Positions 20,126-30,942 of a stretch of 64,000 bases of DNA are shown piece after piece. Below the pieces are notes generated by a model that was not told the DNA's origin, made no database searches, and saw nothing but the letters and a program-made list of their open reading frames with translations. The stretch's first letter is position 1. Every line of letters starts with the position of its first letter. The DNA comes from Spirochaetia bacterium (lineage in GTDB: Bacteria; Spirochaetota; Spirochaetia; SZUA-6; Bin103). The stretch covers positions 992,001-1,056,000 of the forward strand of contig CBDATQ010000002.1 of the NCBI GenBank assembly GCA_965199955.1. The letters run 5' to 3'. The position numbers were made by a program, and so were the translations under genes.

Positions 20126-21613
20126 ATGAATCGTGATATCGGAGGAGCCGAGGCGCCGTTCGCCGACACCGGTGACGAGGTCCGCGATGACCTGACCATG
20201 GCCCCCGAAGTGATGCTCGACCTGGCACGCAGAACGGCGGAGCTACTGGTGGAACGCATCGAGGGCCTGCCCGCCGAGCGCGCCTGGGACGGGGAGTTCA
20301 AGGAGGCACTCGACCACTAGTTGATGGCTGAACCCTCGGAGCAGGGCCGTCCGCCGATGGAGGTGATCGAGCAGGCGGCGCGCGGGATTCTCCCGTTCGC
20401 TACGCGGCTGGATCATCCGCGGTGCTTCGGGTTCGTCCCCTCGTCGCCCACCTGGCCCGGCGTGTTGGCCGACTTCATGGCCGCCGCGCACCATATCAAC
20501 GCCTGCACCTGGCTGGTCGCGAGCGGTCCGACCCAGGTCGAACTGGTGGTGATCGACTGGTTTCGCCGCTGGATCGGCTACCCGGAGAGCGCGGGCGGTC
20601 TGTTGACGAGCGGGGGCTCGGCGGCCAGCGTCGACGCCTTCGTGGCGGCGCGCGAAGCGGCCGGCCACCCCGAGCGGGCGACCGTGTACATGAGCGACCA
20701 GAGCCATAGCGCGCTCGTGCGAGCGGCCAGGATCATCGGCGTCCGGCCGGATCGCATCCGGCTGCTGCCAAGCGACAAGCAGTTCCGCCTGGACATGGAA
20801 CTGCTGGCGCGCGCAGTGGCCGACGACCGCGCCGCGGGGCTCGACCCCATCGCGATATGCGCCAACGCTGGAGCGAGCAGCACGGGAGCCATCGATCCGC
20901 TGCCGGCGGTGGCGGACTACTGCGAGTCGGAAGGCATCTGGCTGCACGTCGACGCCACCTACGGTGGCTTCGCGGCGGTGACCGAGCGGGGCAAGCGGCT
21001 CCTCGGTGGGATCGAGCGGGCCGACTCGGTCGGGCTCGATCCGCACAAGTGGCTGTTCCAACCGTACGAGGTGGGCGGCTTGCTCGTGAAGGACGCCCGT
21101 ACCCTCGAGCACGCCTTCGAGGTGCACCACGATATTCTTCAGGACACGGTATGGGGTGCGAACCACCCGAACATCTCGGATCGCGGCCTGCAACTGAGCC
21201 GCTCGTTCCGCGCCTTGAAGGTATGGATGTCGATCCAGACGTTCGGGATGGCGGCATTCCGGCGCGCGGTGGAGAAGGGGATGAAGCTTGCCGTGCGCGC
21301 CGAGGGCTATGTTCGCGAAAGCCCGATTCTGGAGATGCTGACTCCGATATCCCTGGGGATCGTGTGCTTCCGGATCAACCCGGTGGGTGCCGACCCGGAG
21401 AAGGAGAAACTGGAACAGATCAACCGGAAGGTGCTCGCCCGCATGTTCTGGGAAGAACGGGCATTCCTGTCGTCGACCCTGCTCCATGGGAGGTTCGCGC
21501 TCAGACTCTGCATCATCAACCACACCACGACCTGGGACGACGTTCGGGAGACCCTGGAGGCCGCCGAACGGTTCGGGATGGAGGCATCTGCTGCGCAAGC
21601 GGCTCCGCAGTAG
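20126..21613 (+). pseudogene. PLP-dependent group II (aromatic amino acid) decarboxylase with in-frame TAG at 20318-20320
   Basis: ORFs 20126-20320 and 20321-21613 share a frame; DHPRCFGFVP, WLHVDATYGG, DPHKW (PLP Lys); GGAGGAG RBS. Confidence 0.8.
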
Positions 21614-21629
21614 CCCCGATGCGACTGTC

Positions 21630-21780
21630 GCGCGCGCGGTTGCGGCACCGGTCGAAGGTGATGGGGGCGTGCTGCAGCTCAACACGGTCAGGACCGGCTA
21701 CACGGGACCGTGGCGCCGGGACGAGATCTATGGCGACGACGGACGGTGAGGTCCTGTTCGTCAATACCGAACGTCATCCG
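21630..21780 (+). pseudogene. Possible VapBC toxin-antitoxin relic
   Basis: Antitoxin-like end WRRDEIYGDDGR* followed by a frameshifted FV(N)TNVI, like a PIN start. Confidence 0.3.
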
Positions 21781-23078
21781 TCGCCGCCGGACTGCGGAGT
21801 CCGCGGCCGGCGGGCGATCAGGATCAGCCCCGCTGCGACGACAGCGAGCCCGCTCACCAGCAGCCACGAGCCCCGGTAATCCCCGGAGGCATCGCGCAGG
21901 GCGCCGGCGAGCGGAGCGCCCAGGCCGCTGGCCAGGAAGATGAACGGCAGCACCACGCCGCGGATCGTGCCCACGAACTGCCACCCGTAGTACTGAGCCC
22001 AGATCACCCCCTGGACGACCATGTACGTGCCCACCCCGCAGCCGAACGTCACCGTCGACGCGAACAGCAAGGGCGTCCATGGCCCGGCCGTCCATAGCTG
22101 CGCCGCCGCCATGAGCGCGACCCCCACGCAGAACGACAGGCACGACACCAGTCCCACCATCCGGGCGTCCAGGCGCTCCACCACGAAGCCGGCCACCAGC
22201 GCCATGACAGTCGCCACGCCGGCGTCCATGGCGAACGCCAGCGACACGGTCTTCGGGTGAAAGCCCAGCTCGATCCAGTGCGGAATGCGGTGCACGCTGG
22301 CCGCGCCCAGCAGGAACCCCAGGATCGCGAACGCGGCGCTGAGCTTCCACAGGGTAGCGGTGCGGATCGCCGCGCGCAGCGTCCATTGGACCGACTCGGA
22401 CGAATCGTGAGAGCCCGTTGCGAAGGCGCGGTCGGCATGGGCTTGTCCGGTCCGTAACGGAGGCCCCCCGTCGGGCTCGAGTCCCATGTCGCTCGGCTGG
22501 CGGCGAGGCAGCAGCACCAGCGGCACGGTCGCGGCCGACAGCCACGCCAGGGTCACCCAGGCCGATCGCCAGCCGTGGTTGCTGATGAGCGCCTGGGTCA
22601 GGGACACGAACAGCGCGCCGCCCACGCCCAAGCCGAGTTGCACGATGCCGGTGGCGCGCCCGCGCAGCCGGATGAACCACTTGGACACCGGAACCGTGGC
22701 GATCAGCGCGCCGCCGGCCGGTGCCGTCCAGCCGGTGATGCCCAGGCCCAGCAGCACGCCGAACAGCACTGCCGGCGACTCCGCGCGGGCCAGCAGCAAG
22801 AGCCCGCCGGTGGCGACGACGATCGCCAGCAGCATCGGCCCGCGCGGTCCGTGGCGGTCCAGCCAGCGGCCGATCAGGATCCCGCTCAGGCCGCTGGCCC
22901 ACAGGCGCATGGTCTGCGCCCAGCCGATCGCCTGCCGTGAGAGGCCGAGCTCGTCGGTCATCGGGATGACGAAGAAGCCGAAGTTGAGCGTGCCGCTGGC
23001 CTGCCCCGCCGCGTTGAGCACGAAGAACGCGGCGACGATCACCCACCCGTAGTAGAGCGGCCTGCCTCGTACTGTCAT
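21774..23078 (-). CDS. MFS transporter (OFA/MCT-like)
   Basis: YYGWVIV start, GRWLDRHGPR motif A, about 12 hydrophobic segments. Confidence 0.9.
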   Translation of the reverse strand: MTVRGRPLYYGWVIVAAFFVLNAAGQASGTLNFGFFVIPMTDELGLSRQAIGWAQTMRLWASGLSGILIGRWLDRHGPRGPMLLAIVVATGGLLLLARAESPAVLFGVLLGLGITGWTAPAGGALIATVPVSKWFIRLRGRATGIVQLGLGVGGALFVSLTQALISNHGWRSAWVTLAWLSAATVPLVLLPRRQPSDMGLEPDGGPPLRTGQAHADRAFATGSHDSSESVQWTLRAAIRTATLWKLSAAFAILGFLLGAASVHRIPHWIELGFHPKTVSLAFAMDAGVATVMALVAGFVVERLDARMVGLVSCLSFCVGVALMAAAQLWTAGPWTPLLFASTVTFGCGVGTYMVVQGVIWAQYYGWQFVGTIRGVVLPFIFLASGLGAPLAGALRDASGDYRGSWLLVSGLAVVAAGLILIARRPRTPQSGGDG

Positions 23079-23215
23079 GTCGTTGCATCGATTTCGCGAA
23101 TCACCGCCGCATACAGCTCGACCCCGATGCGGAAGCCGTGAGAGCCCACGAGGTCGTCGATCAGCCGGCGCACTTCTGCCCGGTCCACCAGTCCCCGCCG
23201 CGGCGCCAGCAGCAT
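23075..23215 (-). pseudogene. DUF3368-like C-terminal relic
   Basis: LLAPRRGLV..LIDDLVGSHGFRIGVELY..; stop overlaps the MFS ATG. Confidence 0.5.
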
Positions 23216-23413
23216 GTAAACGCGAGGCGGTGCGCAGCGTCAACCGGATCGGGCGGCAGAGCCTGTCGGTGCCGGACGTCTGAGCCCTGTCACACGATGG
23301 TGGTGCCCCCGCCGCGAATGAAGGTAAGGTCTGGGCAGATTCATGGGTACGGTACCATCGTTGCAGAGGAGCCGGCGTTGAGCGCGGCGACCGAACGGCT
23401 CGGCGGCGACCTG

Positions 23414-24625
23414 ATGGAACCGGTGCAGTTCGACCGGGAGTTGCGCCGACGGTTCGGGCCGCAGGCGCGCAGCCAGGGGCCACTGGTCGCCAGCGGCGCG
23501 GGGCGTCGCTTGCTCGGTGTCGACCTGCGGCGGCGGCTCGATGCCGATCAGGTGGCCCTGATTCTGGATGCCCTGAGCCAGTTCCGCATCGTGTGCATTC
23601 CCGGTCAGGATCTGGATTCCTTTTCGCTGGCCGACTTCGAGCGCTTCGCCAACCACTGGGGGGCGCCGGTTCCGCATCCCACCAACTTCCTGCGCGGGGG
23701 CAAGCCGGCCCAGTCCGACGGAGCCTCCGATGGCCCGGTCGAGACCGTGCCATTCGCCCAGCGACGCGCGGCGTCGGTGAACGCGGCGTTCCCCGGCCGC
23801 CTGCAGTGCCTCCCGCACGAGTCGCCCGCGGTTCTGGTGGTGGCCAACTTCCGGGGCGGCGCTGAGCGCCCGGGGAGCGTCACCACGAGCGTGGGCGGTG
23901 CCTGGCATACCGACATCGAGTACGAGCCGCTGCCGATCTACGTGTCGATGTTCCTCGTCCATCACATGCCGGTGCGGCGTGATGCGCCCGGCGGCACGTG
24001 GATGCCGCGCCCCGAACCTGGCGAGGGGCTGGCAAGCCGCTACTTCGAAGGCTCCGACCCGGAACTGATGCGGCTGCGCACGGCGCTCCCTGCGAACGGC
24101 GAGACCGCGTTTGCGGACACCGCCGCGGCGTTCGCCGCGCTGCCGCCGGAGCGGCAGGAGCTGCTGGAGCGAACGCGGGTGCGCCGCCGGCTGAACGAAG
24201 GCGACGACGGTTGGCTGGCGCCGCTGGTGCGCACCAACCCGCGCTCCGGTATCAAGGCGCTGCACAGCCCGGTCTGGGCTTCGCGGCCGCGCATACGCCC
24301 GCCGGTCGAAGTCGACGGGCTGTCCCCCGCGGAGTCGCGCACCTTCCTCGATGAGCTGGAGGCGCATGTGCTGCAACCGCAGTTCCGCTACGACCACCCG
24401 CACGTGCCGGGCGACGTGACGCTGTGGGACAACTACATGACGATGCACAACGTCCCGCGGCTCAAGGAGAACATCGACTCGATCGACGACGCGCGCCTGC
24501 TCTATCGCCTGAGTTGCAAGGGCGAACCGGCGTTGACCCTGCCTCGCAACGACCCGCCCGAGTGGGTGGCCGCACACGTCACCGCCGGATACACCACACC
24601 GGCGGCGATCATCGACGGGGCTTGA
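23414..24625 (+). CDS. TauD/TfdA family dioxygenase
   Basis: WHTD, GETAFAD, PLVRTNP, GDVTLWDNYMTMH; start uncertain. Confidence 0.85.
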   Translation: MEPVQFDRELRRRFGPQARSQGPLVASGAGRRLLGVDLRRRLDADQVALILDALSQFRIVCIPGQDLDSFSLADFERFANHWGAPVPHPTNFLRGGKPAQSDGASDGPVETVPFAQRRAASVNAAFPGRLQCLPHESPAVLVVANFRGGAERPGSVTTSVGGAWHTDIEYEPLPIYVSMFLVHHMPVRRDAPGGTWMPRPEPGEGLASRYFEGSDPELMRLRTALPANGETAFADTAAAFAALPPERQELLERTRVRRRLNEGDDGWLAPLVRTNPRSGIKALHSPVWASRPRIRPPVEVDGLSPAESRTFLDELEAHVLQPQFRYDHPHVPGDVTLWDNYMTMHNVPRLKENIDSIDDARLLYRLSCKGEPALTLPRNDPPEWVAAHVTAGYTTPAAIIDGA

Positions 24626-24649
24626 ATTCGCCCATTCGGGAGATCCACG

Positions 24650-25588
24650 GTGCCAGCAGCCGGCCGGGTCCTGGTCGTCGGGAGCATCAATACCGATCTG
24701 GTCGCCTACGTGGAGCGTCTGCCGGAGCCCGGAGAGACCGTGGGCGGCGCCCGGTTTGCGGAGACCGCAGGCGGCAAGGGTGCGAACCAGGCGGTAGCGG
24801 CAGCGCGCGCCGGCGCGTCCTGCGTGCTGCACGGCGCGGTCGGCGACGACGCGTACGGCAGGGCGCGCGTCGATGATCTGGCCGGGGCCGCCGTGGAGAC
24901 CCAGCACGTGGCGGTGCTCCAGGAGGAGCGCTCGGGGGTGGCGCTGATCTACGTCGACGCGCGCGGCGAGAACCAGATCGCCGTGGCTCCCGGCGCCAAC
25001 GGCGCCTTTCGGTTGGACGTGCAGGCGTTCTGCGCCGGGGTCGGACCGAACGACGTCGTGCTGCTGCAGAACGAGATCGATCCGAGCGTGACCACGGCGG
25101 CGATCGCGCTGGCGCGCGAACGCGGTGCTGCGGTGATGTGGAACATCGCTCCCGCGCTGACATCGGTCGGCGAGGCTGAGCGGGCCGCGATCGCGCAAGT
25201 GGACTACCTGGTCGTCAACGCGGGTGAGCTGGAGGCGCTGTCGGCGCAACGCTCCGGCGAGTCGGCCGCCGAGTGGGCGCGCCGGGCGGTCGCCGAACTC
25301 GGCTGTTCTCAGGTGCTGCTGACCCTCGGCGCCGAAGGCGCCGTGCTGGCCGACGCGCGCGGCGTGCATCGACAGTCCGCGGCGCCCGTGCAGGCGATCG
25401 ACACGGTGGGGGCGGGGGACTGCTTCGCCGGCGTGTTCGCGGCGTCCATCGCGAACCGCCGGGAACCGATCGACGCGCGGCGACGGGCCGTCGCCGCGGC
25501 GGGCCTGTGCGTGAAGCGTGAAGGGGCGCAGCGCGCCATGCCGTCGGCTGAGGAGATTTGCCGCGCGGTCGGCGAATCCGTCACCTGA
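24650..25588 (+). CDS. rbsK: Ribokinase (PfkB family)
   Basis: VVGSINTD, GGKGANQAVAAAR, DTVGAGDCF. Confidence 0.85.
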   Translation: MPAAGRVLVVGSINTDLVAYVERLPEPGETVGGARFAETAGGKGANQAVAAARAGASCVLHGAVGDDAYGRARVDDLAGAAVETQHVAVLQEERSGVALIYVDARGENQIAVAPGANGAFRLDVQAFCAGVGPNDVVLLQNEIDPSVTTAAIALARERGAAVMWNIAPALTSVGEAERAAIAQVDYLVVNAGELEALSAQRSGESAAEWARRAVAELGCSQVLLTLGAEGAVLADARGVHRQSAAPVQAIDTVGAGDCFAGVFAASIANRREPIDARRRAVAAAGLCVKREGAQRAMPSAEEICRAVGESVT

Positions 25589-25638
25589 TCCGAGTCCGCG
25601 CTCTTTACGGCATGGGCGGGGCGGCGCACGATACCCGC

Positions 25639-27177
25639 ATGTCGACTGATAACAGTCCGTCCGATACCAGCGCGTTCAAAGTCGCGTTCATCGGCGCCGG
25701 CAGCATCGGGTTCACGCGCAAGCTGGTGGGGGACATCCTCACCGTTCCCGAGTTCGCCGGCATCGAGCTCGCCTTCATGGACATCAGCGAGCAGAACCTG
25801 TCCATGGTCGAGCGCCTGGTGCGGCGCGACCTGGAGGCCAACGGCCTGGACGGGGTGCGGCTCACCGGCACCCTGGACCAGCGGGAGGCGGTGAGCGGAG
25901 CGCGCTACGTGTTCTGCACCGCGCGCATCGGCGGACTGCCGGCGTTCGCCACCGACATCGAGGTGCCGCTGCGCTACGGCATCGACCAGTGCGTGGGCGA
26001 CACGCTGTGCGCCGGCGGCATCATGTACGGCCAGCGCGGCATCCCGGTGATCCTGGCGCTCTGCCAGGATATCCGCGAGGCGGCCGAGCCCGACTGCCGG
26101 TTCTTCAACTACTCGAACCCGATGGCCATGCTCACCTGGGCGGCCAACCGCTACGGCGGCGTCCCCACGGTCGGCCTGTGCCACGGCGTGCAGGGCGGCC
26201 ACACGCAGATCGCCGACGCGCTGGGCATTCCCGCCGGGGAGCTGGACTACCGCGCGGCCGGCATCAACCACCAGACCTGGTACATCCAGCTCCTGCACCG
26301 CGGCCGCGACGTCTCGGGCGAGCTGCTGGAGGCGTACGAGCGCCACCCGGTCTACCGTGAGACGGAGAAGGTGCGGATCGAGATGCTGCGCCGCTTCGGC
26401 TGCTACTCCACCGAGTCCAACGGCCACCTCAGCGAGTACGTGCCGTGGTTCCGCAAGCGCCCGGACGAGATCCGCGACTGGATCGACATGAGCTCCTGGA
26501 TCCTGGGCGAGACCGGCGGTTACCTGCGCGTGTCGAGCGAGCGGCGCGACTGGTTCGAGGAGGACTTCCCCCGCTGGATGGCCGAACCGCCGGAGCGGTA
26601 CACGCCCGGGAACCGCTCCACCGAGCACGGCTCCTACATCCTGGAGGGGCTGGAGACGGGACGCGTCTACCGTGGCCACTTCAACGTCGAGAACCGCGGC
26701 TGCATCACCAACCTGCCGGATGACGCGTGCGTCGAAGTGCCGGGCTACGTCGACCGCACCGGCCTGCACATCCCGCGGGTGGGCGACCTTCCTCTCGGTT
26801 GCGCCGCCGTCTGCAACGCCAGCATTTCCGTCCAGCGGCTTGCGGTCGAGGCCGCGATGCGCGGTGACGAACGGCTGCTGGTGCAGTCCATGATGCTGGA
26901 TCCCCTGGTCGGCGCGGTGTGCACGCCGCCGGAGATCGCGCAGATGGTCGACGACCTGCTGATCGCCCAGGCCGAGTGGCTGCCCCAGTACGGCACGGCG
27001 ATCACCGCCGCCCGCGAGCGGCTGCGCTCGGAGCCGCGCCTGCCGACCCGTGACTGGGAAGGGGCGGCGCGGCTGCCGGTGCGCAGCATCGAGGAGCTCC
27101 GCCGGGAGGACGAGGCCGGGGCCACCGCCGCGAAGACGATCAAGGCCGAGGAAGAGGCGCTGGCGGCCGGCGAGTAA
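25639..27177 (+). CDS. GH4 alpha-galactosidase/alpha-glucosidase
   Basis: IGAGS, NYSNPM, VGLCHG, AGINH, TESNGHLSEY. Confidence 0.9.
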   Translation: MSTDNSPSDTSAFKVAFIGAGSIGFTRKLVGDILTVPEFAGIELAFMDISEQNLSMVERLVRRDLEANGLDGVRLTGTLDQREAVSGARYVFCTARIGGLPAFATDIEVPLRYGIDQCVGDTLCAGGIMYGQRGIPVILALCQDIREAAEPDCRFFNYSNPMAMLTWAANRYGGVPTVGLCHGVQGGHTQIADALGIPAGELDYRAAGINHQTWYIQLLHRGRDVSGELLEAYERHPVYRETEKVRIEMLRRFGCYSTESNGHLSEYVPWFRKRPDEIRDWIDMSSWILGETGGYLRVSSERRDWFEEDFPRWMAEPPERYTPGNRSTEHGSYILEGLETGRVYRGHFNVENRGCITNLPDDACVEVPGYVDRTGLHIPRVGDLPLGCAAVCNASISVQRLAVEAAMRGDERLLVQSMMLDPLVGAVCTPPEIAQMVDDLLIAQAEWLPQYGTAITAARERLRSEPRLPTRDWEGAARLPVRSIEELRREDEAGATAAKTIKAEEEALAAGE

Positions 27178-27245
27178 CCGGTCGCGCGCGCGGGGAGGGC
27201 ATCTCTTTCAGCGGATCGGGCGGCTGCTCGCTGCCGGCGGCACGA

Positions 27246-27872
27246 TCAGAAGTCGATGCCGCGCTGAGCCTTGATGCCGGCCTGGAACGGGTGCTTGATC
27301 TCCACCATCTCGCTCACCAGGTCGGCGTAATCGATCAGCTCCGGCGGAGCGCCGCGGCCGGTCAGGATCACGTGCGTCCGGGATGAGCGAGCCTCCAGGC
27401 ACTGCAGGACCTCGTCCGCCGGCAGGTAGCCGTAGCTCATCACCACGTTGATCTCGTCCAGGACGACCAGGTCGAGGTCGCCGCCGGTGATCATCTCGCG
27501 CGTGATCGCGAGCCCCGAGCGGGCGGTGGCGATGTCCGCCTCCCGGTCCTGGGTGTCCCAGGTGAATCCCGAGCCGGTGGTGCGCCATTCGAGCAGGTCC
27601 GGGAAGCGGCTGAAGAACTGGCGCTCGCCGGTCTTCCAGGTGCCCTTGATGAACTGCACGACGCCGACGCGCTTGCCCCAGCCGAGGGCGCGCGCCACGA
27701 CGCCGAAGGCGGCGCTCGATTTGCCCTTGCCGTTGCCGGTGTGCACCAGCACCAGCCCGCGGTCCGGGTTCGACGCGCGGGCGACCCGGCCCCGCTGCTC
27801 GGCCTGCAGCTCGCGCATGCGCTCGGCGTGCTCGCGGTCCGTCGCGGCTCCGTGCCGAGTCGTGTCGCTCAT
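27246..27872 (-). CDS. cobO: Cob(I)yrinic acid a,c-diamide adenosyltransferase
   Basis: HTGNGKGKSSAAFG, VVQFIKG, LDEIN, LTGRGAP, KHPF..GIDF. Confidence 0.95.
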   Translation of the reverse strand: MSDTTRHGAATDREHAERMRELQAEQRGRVARASNPDRGLVLVHTGNGKGKSSAAFGVVARALGWGKRVGVVQFIKGTWKTGERQFFSRFPDLLEWRTTGSGFTWDTQDREADIATARSGLAITREMITGGDLDLVVLDEINVVMSYGYLPADEVLQCLEARSSRTHVILTGRGAPPELIDYADLVSEMVEIKHPFQAGIKAQRGIDF

Positions 27873-28780
27873 TCGGATACCACGTCGAGCGCCGCGAACA
27901 CGTCGTTCAGCAGCACCGGCAGCAGCACGAACGGGCCGTCGATGTCGGACGAGGTCGCCACGTGCGCGGCCTCGGCCTTCGGGTAGATCGTCAGCCGGTG
28001 CGAGGTCTCGGCACCGCGAAACTCCACGTCCACCAGCGGCGCTGTCTCCGGGACGGCTTCGACGAAGCGGGTGGCCACCATCCCCGCCAGGCGGTCCAGC
28101 GCCCGCCTGATCGTCTCGGGATCGCGATCACCGCCGCCGACAACGCTCCAGGTCACCGACTCCTCCTGCGTGGGCGGCACGCCACGCCGCAGCTCCAGGG
28201 TTCCGGCCGCGGTCCGGACCGAGATCGCGGAGATGTCGGCCGTCTCGAAACTCAGGATCGACTTGTCGCGCAGGACCTGCTCCTGCGTCGAAAAGGCGCG
28301 GGTCAGATCGCCGGTCGCCTGGTACACGCGCGGGTCGTCGTCGATCAGCACGTAGGTGTGGCTGTAGGTCGGCGCCCGCTTGCCGATCCGGAGCACGCGC
28401 AGGCGGTCGGCGCCCTCCAGGAAGGTGGCGGTGATAGCTTCCGTCTCGTCCAGGCCATAGCGCCCGTAGGTCGGCTCTTCGGCGATCAGGTCGCTCAGGG
28501 TGAGGGTGGCCGCCGCGCGCACCATGCCGTCGACGATCCTGGGCTCCGCGGGATACCCGCGGCCGTGGATCAGCCAGCCGTCGTCGGTGCGCTGCAGCAC
28601 CACCCGCGTCTCGCCGCGCTCGACCTCGACCCGGTCGACGGCGGCCTCCGCCATCGGTGGGAGGACCGGCAGCTCGTAGTGCAGCCGGTCGTCGCGCCGC
28701 ACGACCAGGTAGACCGACAGGGCGGCGATGATCGCCAGCGGCAGCGCGTAGCGGAGCAGCACGCGAACGGCCAGGCTCAC
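27869..28780 (-). CDS. DUF4340 domain membrane-anchored protein
   Basis: N-terminal TM, YGL, LRIGK pattern, usual position after gldG-like gene. Confidence 0.75.
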   Translation of the reverse strand: MSLAVRVLLRYALPLAIIAALSVYLVVRRDDRLHYELPVLPPMAEAAVDRVEVERGETRVVLQRTDDGWLIHGRGYPAEPRIVDGMVRAAATLTLSDLIAEEPTYGRYGLDETEAITATFLEGADRLRVLRIGKRAPTYSHTYVLIDDDPRVYQATGDLTRAFSTQEQVLRDKSILSFETADISAISVRTAAGTLELRRGVPPTQEESVTWSVVGGGDRDPETIRRALDRLAGMVATRFVEAVPETAPLVDVEFRGAETSHRLTIYPKAEAAHVATSSDIDGPFVLLPVLLNDVFAALDVVSE

Positions 28781-30942
28781 GACGCGCTCCCGCCTGCCCG
28801 GGCACCTGCCGCCGCCGGGCCGAAGCGCGCCTGAATGCCGCGCTGGCGGAGGCGCCACCACAGCCACAGGGCCGCCCCGGCCAGCGCCACCAGGGCCGGC
28901 GGCCCGGCGATCAGGAAGGTCTTCACGGCGCTCTGCGTATCCGTGGAGAGGGTGCCGAGGCGGCGCACCAGCGATCCGCGGCCGCGCAGCGCCGCCCGGT
29001 CCTCCTGACCGCTGAGGTAGTCGACCAGGTTGTGGATCAGCATCGTGTTCGGGTTCTGCTGCCCGGCCTCGATGAAGCTGTTGCCCAGGATGGTGGAGGT
29101 GCCGATCACGAACAGCCGCGCGCCGGGCGCGCTCTCCGGAACCACCTGCGGCGCGGCCTGCACCGCGTCGCCCGTGAGCAGCGTCCCCCCTTCCTCGTCC
29201 GCGCCTTCGTCTTCGTCGACCGGCCGCACCGGCGGGGTGCGGTCGGCGAAGTAGCTGGTGAACCGCCCCTCGCCGTAGGCCGCCAGCAGGCTTGCGGCCC
29301 GCTCCTCGGCCGGCGGCGGCGTGGTGGCGCGGGGGTCGATCAGGTCGGTGCCGCCGGGCACCTCCCAGGCGGTGGCGGAGCTGCGCAGCGCTTCCACGAA
29401 GCGCACGTCCGGCTGCGCGCCGGTGAGCTCCAGCGGCGAGGCGTTCATCACCAGGACGTCGTCCAGCCGCTGCAGCGGCGGCCACGAGGTGTCCATCTCC
29501 GAGCGGCGCACGATCGGCACGAAGGCGATGCGGCTCTCGGTCACGCCGCCGCGCTCGTTCGGCTGGACCTGCACGAACGCCTGCTCGTCGTCGAGCACGT
29601 AGCTTGGGCGTACGCCCACGCCGTAATGGGCGAGCAACTCCTCCAGCCCGGTCTGGCGCGGGATCTGCAGCGAGCTGCCGCCGGTGAACGTCTGGGTGGT
29701 GAAGATGGAGTGGGTGTCGACGAACGCCAGCAGTGCGCCGCCCCGCATCAGGTGCTGGTCGATCTGGAAGAGCGCCCATTCGCTGAGCGGCTCGTGCGGC
29801 GAGACGATCAGCAGCGTGCGCAGGTCGGGCGGAATCTCGCGATCCGCAAGCAGAAGGCCCCGGTATTGGTAGTCGCGCGACAGCAGCCCGAACAGGTCCG
29901 CCAGGTCGGTCATCACCGGCTGGCGCCCTTCGGTGAGGTTGCCGCGGTACGGCGGGGTCCCGAAGTCGGCCAGGTAGCCGATCTCCGGCTGACTGCCGAG
30001 CAGGCCCTTGAGCGTGCTGTCGATCGACCGCCGGATCGTCTCCGGATCGGCCACGCGGGCCCCCTGCGGCGTGGTCTCGATCAGGTTGAGCGTCAGCGTC
30101 TTCCCTTCCGAGTACAGGACGATGCCGGCGTAGGCGAAGCGCTCCTCGCCGTCGGCGGTGCGGAAGCCCAGCGGCGTGAGCTGCAGGCGCAGGGCGTCCA
30201 TCGGATCGAGCCCGGACACCGACGGGTCGACGGCCGTGAAGGCCAGCCGGCCGAAGTAGGAGCCGCCCAGCTCCTCGACGATCCCGCCTACCGCCGCCGG
30301 CAGCGCCTGCAGCCCGGGACTGATCGCGGCCAGCTCGCCCGAGAAGTAGAGCCGCACGGCGATGTCCTCCTCGAGCGCCAGCAGCACGCTGACCCGCTCG
30401 GTGAGGCGGCCGATCGCCTCCGTGATCCGCATCTCCAGTCCGTCGGTGGTGGTCAGGGCGCCGAGCGTCTCCACCAGGTCGCCGTGCACGATCGCCAGGC
30501 CGGAGAACACGGAGCGCACGACGACCTCCGTGCGGTCCACCTGCTCCACCTGGATCGGATAGATCAGGTAGTCCCGCGCAAGCATCTCGGTGTCCTGCGC
30601 TTCCGGGCCGTCGCCGATCGTGTGGAAGGTGCTGTTGAAGAATTCACCGCCGTGCTGGGCGTAGGAATCGAACAGGTCCTTCACCGCGCGCTCGATGTTG
30701 TTGAACGGCGCCTGCAGGTCGGTCGAGAAGAAGGCGCGGATCGTCAGCGGCTCGCGCAGGCGGCTGACCGCTTCGATGCTCTGCGGCGCCAGCGAGTGGA
30801 CCCTGCCCTCGGTGAGGTCGGCCTGGAAGAACAGGGTAGTGGAGGCAGCGTTGAGGAGCACCACCGCCCCCAGCCAGAGCAGCGGCGGTACCAGGCGGTC
30901 GGCAAGCCGCCACGGGGAACGTACGTCGGAGCCTTTCTTCAT
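28777..30942 (-). CDS. GldG-like ABC auxiliary component
   Basis: DLTEGRVHSL, LFQIDQHLMRGG, NLVDYL, terminal TM helices. Confidence 0.85.
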   Translation of the reverse strand: MKKGSDVRSPWRLADRLVPPLLWLGAVVLLNAASTTLFFQADLTEGRVHSLAPQSIEAVSRLREPLTIRAFFSTDLQAPFNNIERAVKDLFDSYAQHGGEFFNSTFHTIGDGPEAQDTEMLARDYLIYPIQVEQVDRTEVVVRSVFSGLAIVHGDLVETLGALTTTDGLEMRITEAIGRLTERVSVLLALEEDIAVRLYFSGELAAISPGLQALPAAVGGIVEELGGSYFGRLAFTAVDPSVSGLDPMDALRLQLTPLGFRTADGEERFAYAGIVLYSEGKTLTLNLIETTPQGARVADPETIRRSIDSTLKGLLGSQPEIGYLADFGTPPYRGNLTEGRQPVMTDLADLFGLLSRDYQYRGLLLADREIPPDLRTLLIVSPHEPLSEWALFQIDQHLMRGGALLAFVDTHSIFTTQTFTGGSSLQIPRQTGLEELLAHYGVGVRPSYVLDDEQAFVQVQPNERGGVTESRIAFVPIVRRSEMDTSWPPLQRLDDVLVMNASPLELTGAQPDVRFVEALRSSATAWEVPGGTDLIDPRATTPPPAEERAASLLAAYGEGRFTSYFADRTPPVRPVDEDEGADEEGGTLLTGDAVQAAPQVVPESAPGARLFVIGTSTILGNSFIEAGQQNPNTMLIHNLVDYLSGQEDRAALRGRGSLVRRLGTLSTDTQSAVKTFLIAGPPALVALAGAALWLWWRLRQRGIQARFGPAAAGARAGGSAS

